Origin: Candidatus Latescibacterota bacterium
GTDB taxonomy: Bacteria > Latescibacterota > CBDEFO01
Length of the DNA stretch: 64,000 nt
NCBI GenBank assembly: GCA_965237525.1
Contig: CBDEFO010000008.1
Coordinates: 288,001 to 352,000 of the forward strand
Direction of reading: 5' to 3'
Shown here: positions 20,914 through 32,556 of the stretch, piece by piece
How the letters are laid out: each line of letters opens with the position of its first letter
How positions within the stretch are numbered: position 1 is the first letter of the stretch
The notes under the pieces: generated by a model
Seen by the model: the letters and a program-made list of their open reading frames with translations, nothing else
Databases searched by the model: none
Told to the model about the DNA's origin: nothing
Position numbers and translations under genes: made by a program

Positions 20914-21367
20914 ATGACTGATCTTCACAAAAAATTCGATCAAGAGCATGGTCGATCAGATAATAGTCAATGAGGGCATAGCCACACTGCCGGATCCGGA
21001 TGCACTTTATCGATGGCGTGAAAAAGTCAGTGCTCCGGAAGGCGGCTTTCAAGTGCTACAGAAAGATATTCCAGGGAGACAATAAACATCATCCCAACGG
21101 CACCTGGAATGGTACAGATGCGCTAACTGCGAGCAAGAATGCCACAAGCACATAGACTTAAGGAATGATCCGACCAATCCTACCCGAAAGAAAGTGCCAG
21201 ACCAGTGTCCGTTGGAATTGGATCTTTACAGCCTCAAGTGTACAGGCTGCAGCCACGAGTTCCCCTCGCCCCCTGACGAAAGCGATAAACCTTACAGTCC
21301 CTACTGTCCCGACTGCAAAGAGATTATGAAGGAGGATTACGATATACTTTGCACACTTATATCTTGA
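20914..21367 (+). pseudogene. Degraded Cys-rich (zinc-ribbon-like) protein
   Basis: Frame with no start reads WYRCANCEQECHKH...KCTGCSHEF...YCPDCKEIM. Confidence 0.4.
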
Positions 21368-21442
21368 TATCCTTCCTATTATCAGTTCCCTGTTTAATCG
21401 CCCGCCCTAGTTTAAATCCACATCTTTTACAAATTTGGAGAA

Positions 21443-21685
21443 CTACACCCCCTTTACAAAGCCCCCTTTGTTCCTTTCGCTTGGATAGTCCCTCTTCTTA
21501 AAGCACCCAGAGCTATTCAGTTTTCTTTGAGCTTGCTTCGGGATTTCATCCCTCGCAATGACCGAAGCCAAGCAACGTCGTTGCGAAGCGACGTGGGCAC
21601 TGCGCTCGTTGCTGCCACCCCTTTTTGCAGGGAGCACGAAGTGCCAACAAACGATGAAGTGGCGAAGTGTGCGAAGCAATCTCGA
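21443..21685. repeat. REP-like repeat cluster
   Basis: CCCCCTTT..AAAG modules and GCTTCG..CTCGCAATGAC / CGAAGCAATCTC modules also seen at 29498-29530 and 37399-37500. Confidence 0.55.
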
Positions 21686-21699
21686 TTCCTACTCTTATC

Positions 21700-21728
21700 T
21701 TGACACATAAGAAAGTATAGACTATATT
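21700..21728 (+). promoter_or_regulatory. Sigma70-type promoter
   Basis: TTGACA-N17-TATATT upstream of the RsmC-like gene. Confidence 0.65.
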
Positions 21729-21783
21729 TATGCCGTTGTGAAGTGAGCATCGGGTGGGATTCTCTAAATGGGTCAAAATCGGC

Positions 21784-22869
21784 ATGAAGAACCCCTTTGA
21801 CATCAACATCTGCCAAAAACTGCTTATCAAGGCTTTTCAACTTTTTCCTTCGGAAGATGTTCTTATCTTCTCCTGTGGAAATCCCCACTTTGCACTTATA
21901 GTGGCCAAGCTGAATCCCGACGCCCGTATTTATATAGTGGATACTGATATAAGATCCGTCCACCTTGCAGAAGAGCAAAAAGACGCAACGCACATCTTTA
22001 ACGCTCAGGCTATCCTCGCTGATACACCACAAGACCTGAAAGACTTACGGTTCGCTGCTGTGCTCTTAAGCCCTCCCATCCACATAGGCAAAGACAGGAT
22101 CTTCGAGATGATTGAGGATTCTGCCCACCTTTTAAAACCGAACGGACGCCTCTATTTTTCCGCAAAGACAAACAAAGGAGCCAAGACATACTCCTTAAGA
22201 ATGCAACAGGTCTTGGGAAATTCGACCCTGCTCAAAAAGGGAAGCGGGGTCAGGGTTGTGCTCTCGCTCAAAGATCAAAGGACCGACAGCCGCCTTAAGA
22301 GACTTCCATCTGACAGATACCATAACAGAGTAAGGGAGACTATAAGAGAAAGACAATATACATTCGTTACCACCTGCGGAATATTCTCAAGAGAGAGAAT
22401 CGACTCAGGGACAAAGCTCTTGTTAGAAGCTGTGCAGATTAAACCGGGAGACGTTATACTCGACCTGGGATGCGGATACGGAGCTATAGGGATAACGGCA
22501 GCACGTGAAGCTTCCCAGGGTGAGGTGTACATGTTGGACTCCGACATAAGAGCCGTTAAGTTTGCGAACAAGAACATAAAGATCAATGAGATTACGAACG
22601 CCCAGGCTCTTATAAGCGATGGCTTTGAAAATCTCAAGAATGAAAAATTCAACCTCATAATCAGCAATCCTCCCTCCCATCGCGGAGCAGGCACGGCGCT
22701 TCAGTTTGTAGCAGGATCTTACAAGGCTCTCGGAAAAAAAGGGAGACTCTATCTTGTAGCTGTAAGACCCCAGCTATATAGAAAAAGGATGATTAACATT
22801 TTCGGAAACGCCTGTGTTGTCGAAGGAAACGGGGACTATACAGTGCTGATGTCGGAAGCGGGACGTTAG
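21784..22869 (+). CDS. RsmC/MTS-family methyltransferase with tandem domains (rRNA m2G type)
   Basis: GIFSRERIDSGTKLL, LDLGCGYG, IISNPPSH; degenerate N-terminal copy (SPPIHIGK, KTNKGAK). Confidence 0.85.
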   Translation: MKNPFDINICQKLLIKAFQLFPSEDVLIFSCGNPHFALIVAKLNPDARIYIVDTDIRSVHLAEEQKDATHIFNAQAILADTPQDLKDLRFAAVLLSPPIHIGKDRIFEMIEDSAHLLKPNGRLYFSAKTNKGAKTYSLRMQQVLGNSTLLKKGSGVRVVLSLKDQRTDSRLKRLPSDRYHNRVRETIRERQYTFVTTCGIFSRERIDSGTKLLLEAVQIKPGDVILDLGCGYGAIGITAAREASQGEVYMLDSDIRAVKFANKNIKINEITNAQALISDGFENLKNEKFNLIISNPPSHRGAGTALQFVAGSYKALGKKGRLYLVAVRPQLYRKRMINIFGNACVVEGNGDYTVLMSEAGR

Positions 22870-22903
22870 CTGAAAGACTGACTATTAGGAGAAGAGAGCC
22901 TGA

Positions 22904-23743
22904 ATGAGCCAGACATCCGGGCAATACGACAGGAAAGTATTCAGATGGTACGGCATATTGGGAGCCGCCATAATCATCGTATCTGAAATCCTAATGTTTC
23001 AAAGGGTTATGATAGTATCTCAGTTTTTTACAGCCATTGTCTGGACCGGATACATCCTCTTCATGGACGCCTTAATCTTCAAATTGAAGGGCGAATCTCT
23101 TATCTCTAATAGAACGAGGGAACTCGTTCTTATGCTTATCTTGTCTGTAATATTCTGGCTGATATTTGAGTTCTACAATTTCTCCATCAAAAACTGGCAC
23201 TATATCAATCTGCCCCCAATATGGTGGGTCAGATGGTTAGGTTGTATTTGGGCTTTTGCAACCATACTGCCGGGAATATTCCTGACTACTGAGTTGATAG
23301 AGACATCGGGGATATTCAAAGGGGCAAAAACCAAGAGGGAGACGATCACAAAAAGAGGGGCATATACGCACATGGCATTTGGAGCGCTCTGTCTGATAAT
23401 ACCTATGATCCTCCACTCCGATTACCTGTCCCCCCTTGTGTGGGCGGGATTCATCTTCCTGTTAGAACCGATAAACTATATTTCAGGGGGAAGATCTATT
23501 CTGAGAGATTTGGAACAGGGAACGACCGAGAAGTTCTGGTCTCTTATGTTAGCCGGACTTGTATGCGGGGTGCTGTGGGAGTTTTGGAACTATTGGTCGT
23601 ATACCAAATGGATATACACCGTCCCGTATCCGCTGGACATCAAGATATTCGAGATGCCCATTTTGGGGTGGCTCGGCTTTCCGCCCTTTGCCGTTGAATG
23701 CTACGCTATGTACAACTTTGCAAGAGTGACCCTGAAATTCTAG
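22904..23743 (+). CDS. Conserved integral membrane protein
   Basis: Multiple TM helices; WEFWNYWS..KWIYTVP, FEMPILGWLGFPPF. Confidence 0.75.
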   Translation: MSQTSGQYDRKVFRWYGILGAAIIIVSEILMFQRVMIVSQFFTAIVWTGYILFMDALIFKLKGESLISNRTRELVLMLILSVIFWLIFEFYNFSIKNWHYINLPPIWWVRWLGCIWAFATILPGIFLTTELIETSGIFKGAKTKRETITKRGAYTHMAFGALCLIIPMILHSDYLSPLVWAGFIFLLEPINYISGGRSILRDLEQGTTEKFWSLMLAGLVCGVLWEFWNYWSYTKWIYTVPYPLDIKIFEMPILGWLGFPPFAVECYAMYNFARVTLKF

Positions 23744-24689
23744 TCTCGACAGCCTCTATTACCTCTTTTATTGAGACTTCCCGCTGGCTTTTATACGACG
23801 AGATCGTGGTCACATTTTCGCCTCTGGGAGCCCATATATCGGGATCAGACGCCTTGAATATCGCAAGTGTAGGTGTCCCAACCGCCGCTGAGATATGCGA
23901 AACGCCCGAATCGTTCCCCAAAAAGAGGTGGCACCTTTCCAGAAGAGCCGCCAATTGTACGAGGGAAAGGTCTTTTACCAGGATAGGATTGAAGCTCTGT
24001 CGGTTCAGGACGTCATTTACAGCTTCCTTGTCTATGGGTCCAGAGATCAGGACGACCTTGGCCCCGCGAGCGCGGCTTATGTGCTCGATGACAGATGCGA
24101 AGTTCTCCGGAGGCCACATTTTCTTTTTCCCTCCGCACCCCGGGTGAACGGCAACTAACGGTCTGAACTTCCTCAGTTTCTCCTCCGACAAAAACTTCGA
24201 CGCGAAGCACCTGTCCTGAGGATTTAAGAATATCTTAGGAGCTATTCCCTCTTCCCGGATGCCGAGCGGCCTTAGGGCGTCTATCAGATGATCTATAGCG
24301 TGTCTTTTTTCGCATTGTGCTGGTGCAACCACTCTGTCGGGAATAGGGTCCCAAACGATTACGGATCTTGCCCCTGTTCTCCTCAGATTCCGCTCGAGTA
24401 GGCCGTCGTCGTCTCTTTGGTACGACACTATCAGATCGAATCTTGAAAAGTAATCCGAAATATCTCTATCCAGCCTTCCATCCTTCCTAAAAAAGCTCGA
24501 CATTCCGGCTGTATCTACAGACCTTCCTGCATCGGCATAGTACCTCCCCAGGGCCAACTCCAGCGTCGAGGGATAACCCATAACCTCGACCTTTGCCCTG
24601 GGAAATCTTCTCCTCAGGGCTCCGATAGCCGGGAGACTCAGCACGAAATCGCCTACAGCTCCGGAACGTATCACAAGGATATTTTTCAA
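23706..24689 (-). CDS. Glycosyltransferase family 9 (heptosyltransferase-like)
   Basis: ILVIRSGAVGDFV, HPGCGGKKKMWP, FLGNDSGVSHISAAVGTPT. Confidence 0.92.
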   Translation of the reverse strand: MKNILVIRSGAVGDFVLSLPAIGALRRRFPRAKVEVMGYPSTLELALGRYYADAGRSVDTAGMSSFFRKDGRLDRDISDYFSRFDLIVSYQRDDDGLLERNLRRTGARSVIVWDPIPDRVVAPAQCEKRHAIDHLIDALRPLGIREEGIAPKIFLNPQDRCFASKFLSEEKLRKFRPLVAVHPGCGGKKKMWPPENFASVIEHISRARGAKVVLISGPIDKEAVNDVLNRQSFNPILVKDLSLVQLAALLERCHLFLGNDSGVSHISAAVGTPTLAIFKASDPDIWAPRGENVTTISSYKSQREVSIKEVIEAVETRISGSLLQSCT

Positions 24690-24879
24690 GGGTTCTTCAT
24701 CGCCTCCTCATACTTGACCAATCGCATAACATGATCTGAACTGTCCCTTAAGTCTTAGTATTGCAAAGTTGATGCGAAAAGTCAATAAGAGACACAAAAT
24801 TTCCTTGACAAATCTCGCTCTTTTTCCGATAATAGTCGATGCCTATATCTGCAATCTGTAAAGGACGGAACTCTATCCT

Positions 24880-26784
24880 ATGTCAAAGAATGTGCCCAGA
24901 TTTATAACGCTGATTTTGATTATTCTCCCTCTTCTTATCTCATCGTGTCAGCCTCCTGATGCCGTAAAGGAGGAAGAACCTCCACATCGAGTGGTGCGCC
25001 CCCCGCAAGTGGAAGGTACTCGTGAGAAGATCGTTCAAAGAGATCTCAGTTTCAGCCTGAAACCTATCGGCAATCCTTTCATCGGACCCAACAACGCCCT
25101 CGTACAAGTGCACAATCCTACCTCCAAAGATAGATATTTAAGCTTCATATTGAAAGTAATCTCTCCGGCTGGAGAGGAGACCTTAAGCTCTATTGACACC
25201 TCTGTATTCCCCGATTCTATAACACTCGTCTCTTTGGATTATGCCACACCAGAAAAGGGGAAATATAGAATATGGATCATGGCTATAGACACAGCTTCCG
25301 ATGCGATAGTCTATTGGTCCGGCGGACAGATCCTTCGCGTCCACGATCTTTTAGAGTTGAGTCTGGACCGGGCATACTATACCTCAGAGGAGAAGATAAG
25401 ATGTCAGATAGAGCTAAATATCCCTTTAAATCTGCTTGCGGGCACAAGTCTGGAAATCTATCTTTACCAGGGGGAACCGGAAAAGGTCGACAGACCAGTC
25501 GGCGCCACAGGTGAAGCTGACTATCACCAGAGTCTTTTCGGGAAAGAAGGTGAAGGACTCGTATCGGAAAGACACGTAGCACCGCTGGAACCGGGCGATG
25601 TCAGGGTAGAATTCGACGCTGAACGGATACATATCGGTAAGTTTTCGATCAGGGCGGAACTTAAGGATATAGAAAGCCAGATTTCAGCGTCGGCCAGGAT
25701 AGTCTCCCAGAAACTCCCACCTAAGAACAGAGAAGTTAAGATAGATTTCTTCACGAACAACCTCCTTGTAGATGGGACGCCCTTTTTCCCAGTCGGACTC
25801 TACTGGCTCAGAAAGGACATCCTCTCTGACATGAAAAGCAAAGGCTTTAACTCGGGAGATTATTATCCGTGGCTGACGAAAGGTCAAATTAGTGAACTTA
25901 TGGATGCGGCGCGAGATAGCGGCATGATGATCCTCTTAGAACTGAGCGAGTTTTTGAGAGTGGACAAAGAGCCAGATCTTGAGGGCATAAAAAATACAGT
26001 GTCTCTTTACAAAGATCATCCTGCCCTCCTCTTGTGGTACTTAATAGACGAACCCGTTGAGACTGATACCCCTCCCTACACTACACAGAAGGCCTACGAT
26101 CTGGTAAAGGAACTTGACCCCTATCATCCTGTGTACATGGTCAACAATCGTCCCAACTATTACGACCACTATGCCGAATCATCAGATATTCTGGCTATAG
26201 ACCCTTACCCTATTCCCAAGTATCCCCCCTCCAGGGTCTCGGACCTGACGGACAGGGCCAAAGAGGCTGTGGAGGGCAAAAAGCCTGTATGGGTTATCCC
26301 TCAGGCATTCGGAGCGACCGAACGATGGGATAGGACGCCGACTCCCGAAGAAGAGCGATTGATGACGTACCTTGCGCTGATACACCGAGCCAAAGGCATC
26401 CTCTTTTACAGGTACTGTGAGGAATCCGAGCGGAATATCCAGCCGCTCAAACTCTGGCAGGAGGTAGTAAAGTTAGCCAAGGAGATAGGAGAGCTTTCCC
26501 CTGTGCTCCTCTCTCACGACTATAGGGGGAATATCGCGGTGGACCCGGACACGCTGCGGATAGATACTCTACTGAAGGAACACGACGGCAGTATCTATAT
26601 ATTCGTCGCTAACAGGAGCAAAGACTCCCTCAAGATGAAGATCCATCTGGAGGACATAGAAAAAGACACGGAAGCCCAAATTCTCTACGAGGACGAGACG
26701 ATAATCATCAAGGATGGCCTTCTGGCAGATAGACTGAAAGGTTACCAAGTCCGCATATACAAGGTTGTAGGCAGTATGCAGTAG
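24880..26784 (+). CDS. Lipoprotein with clan-A-like glycoside hydrolase TIM-barrel domain
   Basis: Lipobox LISSC; LVDGTPFFPVGLY, HPALLLWYLIDEP, LDPYHPVY, DILAIDPYP, KPVWVIPQAF. Confidence 0.65.
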   Translation: MSKNVPRFITLILIILPLLISSCQPPDAVKEEEPPHRVVRPPQVEGTREKIVQRDLSFSLKPIGNPFIGPNNALVQVHNPTSKDRYLSFILKVISPAGEETLSSIDTSVFPDSITLVSLDYATPEKGKYRIWIMAIDTASDAIVYWSGGQILRVHDLLELSLDRAYYTSEEKIRCQIELNIPLNLLAGTSLEIYLYQGEPEKVDRPVGATGEADYHQSLFGKEGEGLVSERHVAPLEPGDVRVEFDAERIHIGKFSIRAELKDIESQISASARIVSQKLPPKNREVKIDFFTNNLLVDGTPFFPVGLYWLRKDILSDMKSKGFNSGDYYPWLTKGQISELMDAARDSGMMILLELSEFLRVDKEPDLEGIKNTVSLYKDHPALLLWYLIDEPVETDTPPYTTQKAYDLVKELDPYHPVYMVNNRPNYYDHYAESSDILAIDPYPIPKYPPSRVSDLTDRAKEAVEGKKPVWVIPQAFGATERWDRTPTPEEERLMTYLALIHRAKGILFYRYCEESERNIQPLKLWQEVVKLAKEIGELSPVLLSHDYRGNIAVDPDTLRIDTLLKEHDGSIYIFVANRSKDSLKMKIHLEDIEKDTEAQILYEDETIIIKDGLLADRLKGYQVRIYKVVGSMQ

Positions 26785-27176
26785 ACCGTAAGCGGGGATT
26801 CTCCCAACGCAACCCCTTATACAACACCTGCAGCGGTGAAGTCACGTGTTCGCTCCTGCAGTAGACAGATAGGCAAGCGAAAAACAATTGATTTTGGATC
26901 GGTTATTAGTTATTTTAATAACATAGAGGTTCTCTCAGAAGGAAGGGCGCTATATGTCGAGAATGGACTGAGGGGAAAATGAGTGCAGAAAGAGACGGTT
27001 GCGGCTTTCTGAAAGGCAAAGGATGGATAGCGCCCAGTGACGATAAGAAGTGGAGCACCTACTGCAAAATAACAGCGTTTCTTCACTTCCGGATTTACTG
27101 TCTTTTCGAATCGTAAGAGCTCAGTCCCCTTCGACTGGGCTCTTCGTATTATGATGGGAGTCAACGGAGTTTCCAG

Positions 27177-28268
27177 ATGGCGCTTTCGATCGGTATAGTA
27201 GGCATGCCCAACGTGGGAAAATCCACGCTCTTTAATGCCCTGACCCAGGCCGGAGCCCAGATGTCCAATTATGCCTTTACAACTATAGATAGAAATGTAG
27301 GGGTTGTGGAGGTTCCGGACGAGAGATTGCAGGAACTCAACCGCCTTCTATCACCGGAGGAGTGCATACCGACGACGATTCAGTTTGTTGACATCGCTGG
27401 ACTCGTCGAGGGAGCAAGCACAGGTGAAGGTCTGGGAAACGAATTCCTGGGACATATACGAGAAGTGGACGCTGTTGCCCACATGGTCAGATGTTTTGAG
27501 GACGAAAGGGTAGTCCGCACAGATCGGAGCATTGATCCATCCAGAGACGTGGAGATCGTGAACGCAGAGCTTGCCCTTGCCGATTTACAGACTGCACAAA
27601 AGGGCTTACAAAGATGGGAGAAGATAGCTAGGAGTGATGCAAAATTAGAATCGGGTCAGATAGATGCGTACAGAAAGGTAAAAGATGGCCTCGAACAGGG
27701 GATAGCGGTACGAGGCATCGTTCTTTCAGATGAAGAGATGGAGATCTTGGCAGAGAGCCATTTTTTGACGCTCAAGCCCCTCTTGTATGTGGCAAATGTG
27801 GACGAGGACGACCCAAAGGGCGAAGGTCTGCTTGTCAAAGGGCTAAGAGAGTCCCTTGGAGAAAATAAGATCATAACCTCGATCTCAGCTAAGATGGAGG
27901 AGGAGATCTCCGAGCTTCCCGATGAAGAGCGGGAGGAGTTCCTATTCGATCTCGGATTAGAGGATTCGTGCATAAACAGGTTCATATTGGAAGGATACAA
28001 GCTCTTGAATCTGATTACGTTTTACACCACCGCAAACAACAAACTCAGAGCTTGGCAGCTAACAGACGGAACTAATGCCCCCGACGCTGCGGGAAACATT
28101 CACTCTGATATGCAACAAAGATTCATAAAGGCAGAGGTGGCATCTTACGAGGATCTGAAGAGACACGGCTCTATGGCAGAGCTTCAGCGGACAGGATTGG
28201 TGAAGATAGAGGGCAAGGATTATAAGGTGAGAGACGGGGACGTTATGCATTTTATGTTCGGTAAATAA
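27177..28268 (+). CDS. ychF: Redox-regulated ATPase YchF
   Basis: GIVGMPNVGKSTLFNALT, FVDIAGLV, GEGLGNEFL, C-terminal TGS (EGKDYKVRDGD). Confidence 0.96.
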   Translation: MALSIGIVGMPNVGKSTLFNALTQAGAQMSNYAFTTIDRNVGVVEVPDERLQELNRLLSPEECIPTTIQFVDIAGLVEGASTGEGLGNEFLGHIREVDAVAHMVRCFEDERVVRTDRSIDPSRDVEIVNAELALADLQTAQKGLQRWEKIARSDAKLESGQIDAYRKVKDGLEQGIAVRGIVLSDEEMEILAESHFLTLKPLLYVANVDEDDPKGEGLLVKGLRESLGENKIITSISAKMEEEISELPDEEREEFLFDLGLEDSCINRFILEGYKLLNLITFYTTANNKLRAWQLTDGTNAPDAAGNIHSDMQQRFIKAEVASYEDLKRHGSMAELQRTGLVKIEGKDYKVRDGDVMHFMFGK

Positions 28269-28482
28269 TCGGTGAACAACTTGAAAACCAAGAGTTAACA
28301 TGACAAAAATGTAGTAGACAGCAAATAGTAGACTACATACGGGGTGGCAGCCAAAGCGAGATTTCTTCGCTGTCCCTTCGCTTCGCTCTGGGCTAAAGGC
28401 TGCCAATTACGGTTCAGGAGTGAGAAAGTGCCCTCCCGAGATCCAATCCCCGATTGACTCTGTCAGGGGGGCTGTCTACTGA

Positions 28483-29466
<984 letters not shown>

Positions 29467-29497
29467 TTGACAGCATACAGCCAGAGGCAGTTCAACG

Positions 29498-29702
29498 GAG
29501 ATTGCTTTGCTATCGCTCGTAATGACAGTGCTTGGCTAATGACCCACAGGACAGACAAAAATGTCTGTCCTACTGTCTGCTATTGCAAGGGGTGAAACAT
29601 GGTGGGTCAGACATTCCTGTCTGACGAAGCAATCCCCGATTGAATCTAACGGGACAATGGAAGGGAGGCGATGCCCCTGTGTACCGTCTACTACTGTCTA
29701 CT
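29498..29702. repeat. Composite REP-like cluster
   Basis: GAGATTGC..CTCGTAATGAC, GACAGACAAAAATGTCTGTC, GGTGGGTCAGACATTCCTGTCTGAC, CCCCGATTGAATC and CTGTCTAC modules; the GACA..TGTC palindrome recurs at 14964, 37371, 39605, 39641. Confidence 0.65.
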
Positions 29703-29719
29703 TAAAAAAAGGGGTGACC

Positions 29720-30697
29720 ATGTTAAACAGCCTGAAGGTCTTTTCCGGCAACAGCAATCCAGCTTTGGCTCAGGAGATATGTGACTATTTAGACATCCAG
29801 CCGGGCAAGATAAGCTTCAACAAATTTAGCAATGAAAACATCAAGGTTAAAATCGAAGAGAATGTCAGGGGAGATGACGTCTACGTGGTGCAGACGGCCT
29901 CGCCTCCTGTGAACGAGGGGCTTGTGGAACTTTTGATAATGGTAGATGCCCTTAAGTACGCATCGGCTGGCAGGATCACGGCTGTTCTGCCTTATTATTT
30001 CTACGGCAGATCCGATAAGAAGGATGAGCCGAGGATCTCCATCGCCGCGCGCCTTGTGGCAGATCTGTTGGAGACAGCGGGGGCTGACCGGATCTTGACC
30101 ATGACTTTGCACTCTCCTCAGATCGTAGGATTCTCCAGAATCCCGGTAGATCAGCTCCTTGCAACATCTTTGATATGCGGATATTTTGAGCGAAAGAACC
30201 TGGAGAACACCGTCGTAGTTGCCACTGACGTAGGACGAGCAAAGGAAGCGGAGATATACGCCAAGAGATTGCGGCTTGCGATGGCAATTATAGACAAAAG
30301 GAGATACGCCGACGATGAGAAGGCACAGGCTGCAAATATCATAGGGGACGTAGAGGGCAAGAACGCCCTGATATTTGACGATGAGATCCTGTCGGGCGGC
30401 TCGATTATAGAAGCCGTCAGGATACTCAAGGAATACGGGGCTTTAAGTATCATGGCCGGATGCACGCACGGGATATTTTCAGGCGAGGCCGTCTCGAAGA
30501 TAGAAGCCTCTCCCATTGAGGAGTTCGTGGTGACGAACACGTTGCCATTCCCGAAGGAGAAGAGAATACCCAAGATCAGGGTACTATCTGTGGCCAGGCT
30601 CTTTGGAAACGCTACAAAGGCGATTCACCTGGGAGATTCCGTAAGCAAGCTGTTCGATGACGGATTCGGCTACGATCAGTTAAGTCTGGTGCTGTGA
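29720..30697 (+). CDS. prs: Ribose-phosphate pyrophosphokinase
   Basis: KVFSGNSNPALA, ENVRGDDVY, RITAVLPYYFYGRSD, IFDDEILSGGSI, CTHGIFS. Confidence 0.95.
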   Translation: MLNSLKVFSGNSNPALAQEICDYLDIQPGKISFNKFSNENIKVKIEENVRGDDVYVVQTASPPVNEGLVELLIMVDALKYASAGRITAVLPYYFYGRSDKKDEPRISIAARLVADLLETAGADRILTMTLHSPQIVGFSRIPVDQLLATSLICGYFERKNLENTVVVATDVGRAKEAEIYAKRLRLAMAIIDKRRYADDEKAQAANIIGDVEGKNALIFDDEILSGGSIIEAVRILKEYGALSIMAGCTHGIFSGEAVSKIEASPIEEFVVTNTLPFPKEKRIPKIRVLSVARLFGNATKAIHLGDSVSKLFDDGFGYDQLSLVL

Positions 30698-30722
30698 TTT
30701 TTGCTAATAATCGTTATCAAAT

Positions 30723-31508
30723 ATGACTGAAGATAGAGATAACTATTCGGGTCACTGGTACAAAGATATCTTTGATCGGGATTACCTGAAGTATTGGCTT
30801 TCTGACGAGGTAAAAAGGAGATTAGACCGGGAGGCTCCCAGAGAAGTCGCTTTCGTAGAAGGAGCGCTTCAGCTTGAAGTGGGGAGCAAAGTTTTAGACC
30901 TGTGCTGCGGTCAGGGCAGACACGCTGTGGAGTTAGCCAAAAAGGACTACGATGTGGTGGGCGTCGATCTTTCTGCTAAGCTCCTGGAGGAGGCTCGAAA
31001 GAGGGCACAAAGAGAAGGAGTATCCCTCCTCATAGAACGCAGCGACATGAGGGAGATTACCTACTAAGATGAGTTTGATGCCGTGATCAATATGTTCTCA
31101 GCGTTCGGCTATTTTGATAGCGATCAGGAGGATCTAAAGGTCATCGGCAAAGTCGCAAAGGCGTTACGACCGGGCGGCAGTTTTCTCATCGACCTTATCA
31201 ACAGGGACAGAGTTATCCGCGAGTTTAGACACAGGGATTGGCATCAGGCGGGAGAGAACAGCTGGGCTCTCCTCGAACGCTGTTGGGACACTCAAAAAGG
31301 AAAAGTCATCAGCAAGTTCACGATAGCCGAGCCCCACGAGATCACACACTACGAAATAGATTTGAGGCTCTACACTTACACGGAGATCACGGGAATGCTG
31401 CGGTCCTGTGGGCTTTCTCCTATAAAGTGTTACGGAGACTTCGAGAATGTACGATTCGACCTTGAGTCCAAAAGGATGATCGTGGTGGCAAAGAAGGTAT
31501 ACTGCTAA
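30723..31508 (+). pseudogene. Class I SAM-dependent methyltransferase with an in-frame TAA at 31065-31067
   Basis: VLDLCCGQGRHA, DMREITY*DEFDAVINMFSAFGYF, ALRPGGSFLID in one frame. Confidence 0.85.
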
Positions 31509-31545
31509 TGTTCGGGAATTATATACCAAAGTTACCAGATTTCCC

Positions 31546-31574
31546 TTGACAAGACCACCCTTTTTCGGTAGATT
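31546..31574 (+). promoter_or_regulatory. Transposase promoter of element A
   Basis: TTGACA-N17-TAGATT. Confidence 0.65.
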
Positions 31575-31602
31575 AGTTACCAGAAAGAGGGAGGATTTAG
31601 GA

Positions 31603-32556
31603 ATGCATAAGACAAACGGACACAAGAAGATCGGACCCGGACGGGCGCACCGCAAGGGCATCAGTATCATCGAGGTATTCGACATGTTCCCCGATGACGC
31701 AGCTGCCGAGTCTTGGTTCGAGGTGCAGCGGTGGCCAGAAGGCCGAATCTGCCCGGACTGCGGATCGCATCTTACCGAAGTTTCCGCCCACCGGGCAATA
31801 CCCTATCGTTGCCGGGAGTGCCGGTCCTTCTTCTCGGTCCGCAAGGGCACCGTCATGGAGAGCAGCAAGCTCGGCCATCGAAAAAAGTGGGCCATCGCCC
31901 TCTACATGATGTCCACGAGCCTCAAGGGCATGTCCAGCATGAAGATCCACCGGGAACTTGGAATCACGCAGAAGACCGCGTGGCACCTCCAGCAGCGTAT
32001 CCGCGAGGGCTTCCTGGGCAATACCGGCGTTCTGCTGGCCGGCCCTGTAGAAATCGACGAGACGTTCATCGGCGGGCGGGAGAAGAACAAGCGCGCGGAC
32101 AAGAAGCTCCACGCGGGTCGGGGTACCGTCGGCAAGGCCGTGGTCGCTGGCGTCAAGGACCGGGAAACGAAGGAGGTCCGCGCCGAGGTCGTTCAGGGAA
32201 CCGACAGGGACACCCTCCAGGGCTTCGTCGAGGACCACGTAGAACCGGACGCCCGGAAGTTCACTGACGAGCACCACGCCTACCAGGACCTCAGGAACCA
32301 CTCGACCTGCAAGCATGGCGTGGGGCATTGGGTCAACGGCCAGGCCCACACCAACGGTCTGGAGAGCTTCTGGTCGATGTTCAAGCGTGGCTACCATGGC
32401 ACCTTCCATCGGATGTCCGTCAAGCACCTGCACCGCTACGTCAACGAGTTCGCCGGGCGCCACAACATCCGCGACAGGGACACCTTGGAGCAGATGTGCC
32501 TGCTGGCTACCGGGCTGGTTGGGAAGCGGCTGCGATACCGGGATTTGGTGGCGTGA
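31603..32556 (+). CDS. IS1595-family (ISXO2-like) DDE transposase
   Basis: Zn ribbon CPDC..CREC, HTH, EIDETFIG, FTDE, HTNGLESFWS, YVNEF. Confidence 0.95.
   Translation: MHKTNGHKKIGPGRAHRKGISIIEVFDMFPDDAAAESWFEVQRWPEGRICPDCGSHLTEVSAHRAIPYRCRECRSFFSVRKGTVMESSKLGHRKKWAIALYMMSTSLKGMSSMKIHRELGITQKTAWHLQQRIREGFLGNTGVLLAGPVEIDETFIGGREKNKRADKKLHAGRGTVGKAVVAGVKDRETKEVRAEVVQGTDRDTLQGFVEDHVEPDARKFTDEHHAYQDLRNHSTCKHGVGHWVNGQAHTNGLESFWSMFKRGYHGTFHRMSVKHLHRYVNEFAGRHNIRDRDTLEQMCLLATGLVGKRLRYRDLVA

Noticed and set aside
21443..22032. Minus-strand ORFs 21443-21679, 21517-22032 and 21546-21830
   Set aside because: They overlap repeats or the RsmC-like gene on the opposite strand and carry no motifs
29561..29719. 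N-terminal extension of prs (similarly xerD 1702-1797 and kinase 39650-39682)
   Set aside because: Translated REP sequence upstream of the conserved start
32328..32555. N-terminal extensions of the MTase ORFs into the transposases (also 49165-49410), suggesting frameshift fusion
   Set aside because: The extensions are alternate frames of the transposase; starts overlapping the transposase stop explain the genes, and no slippery site was evident
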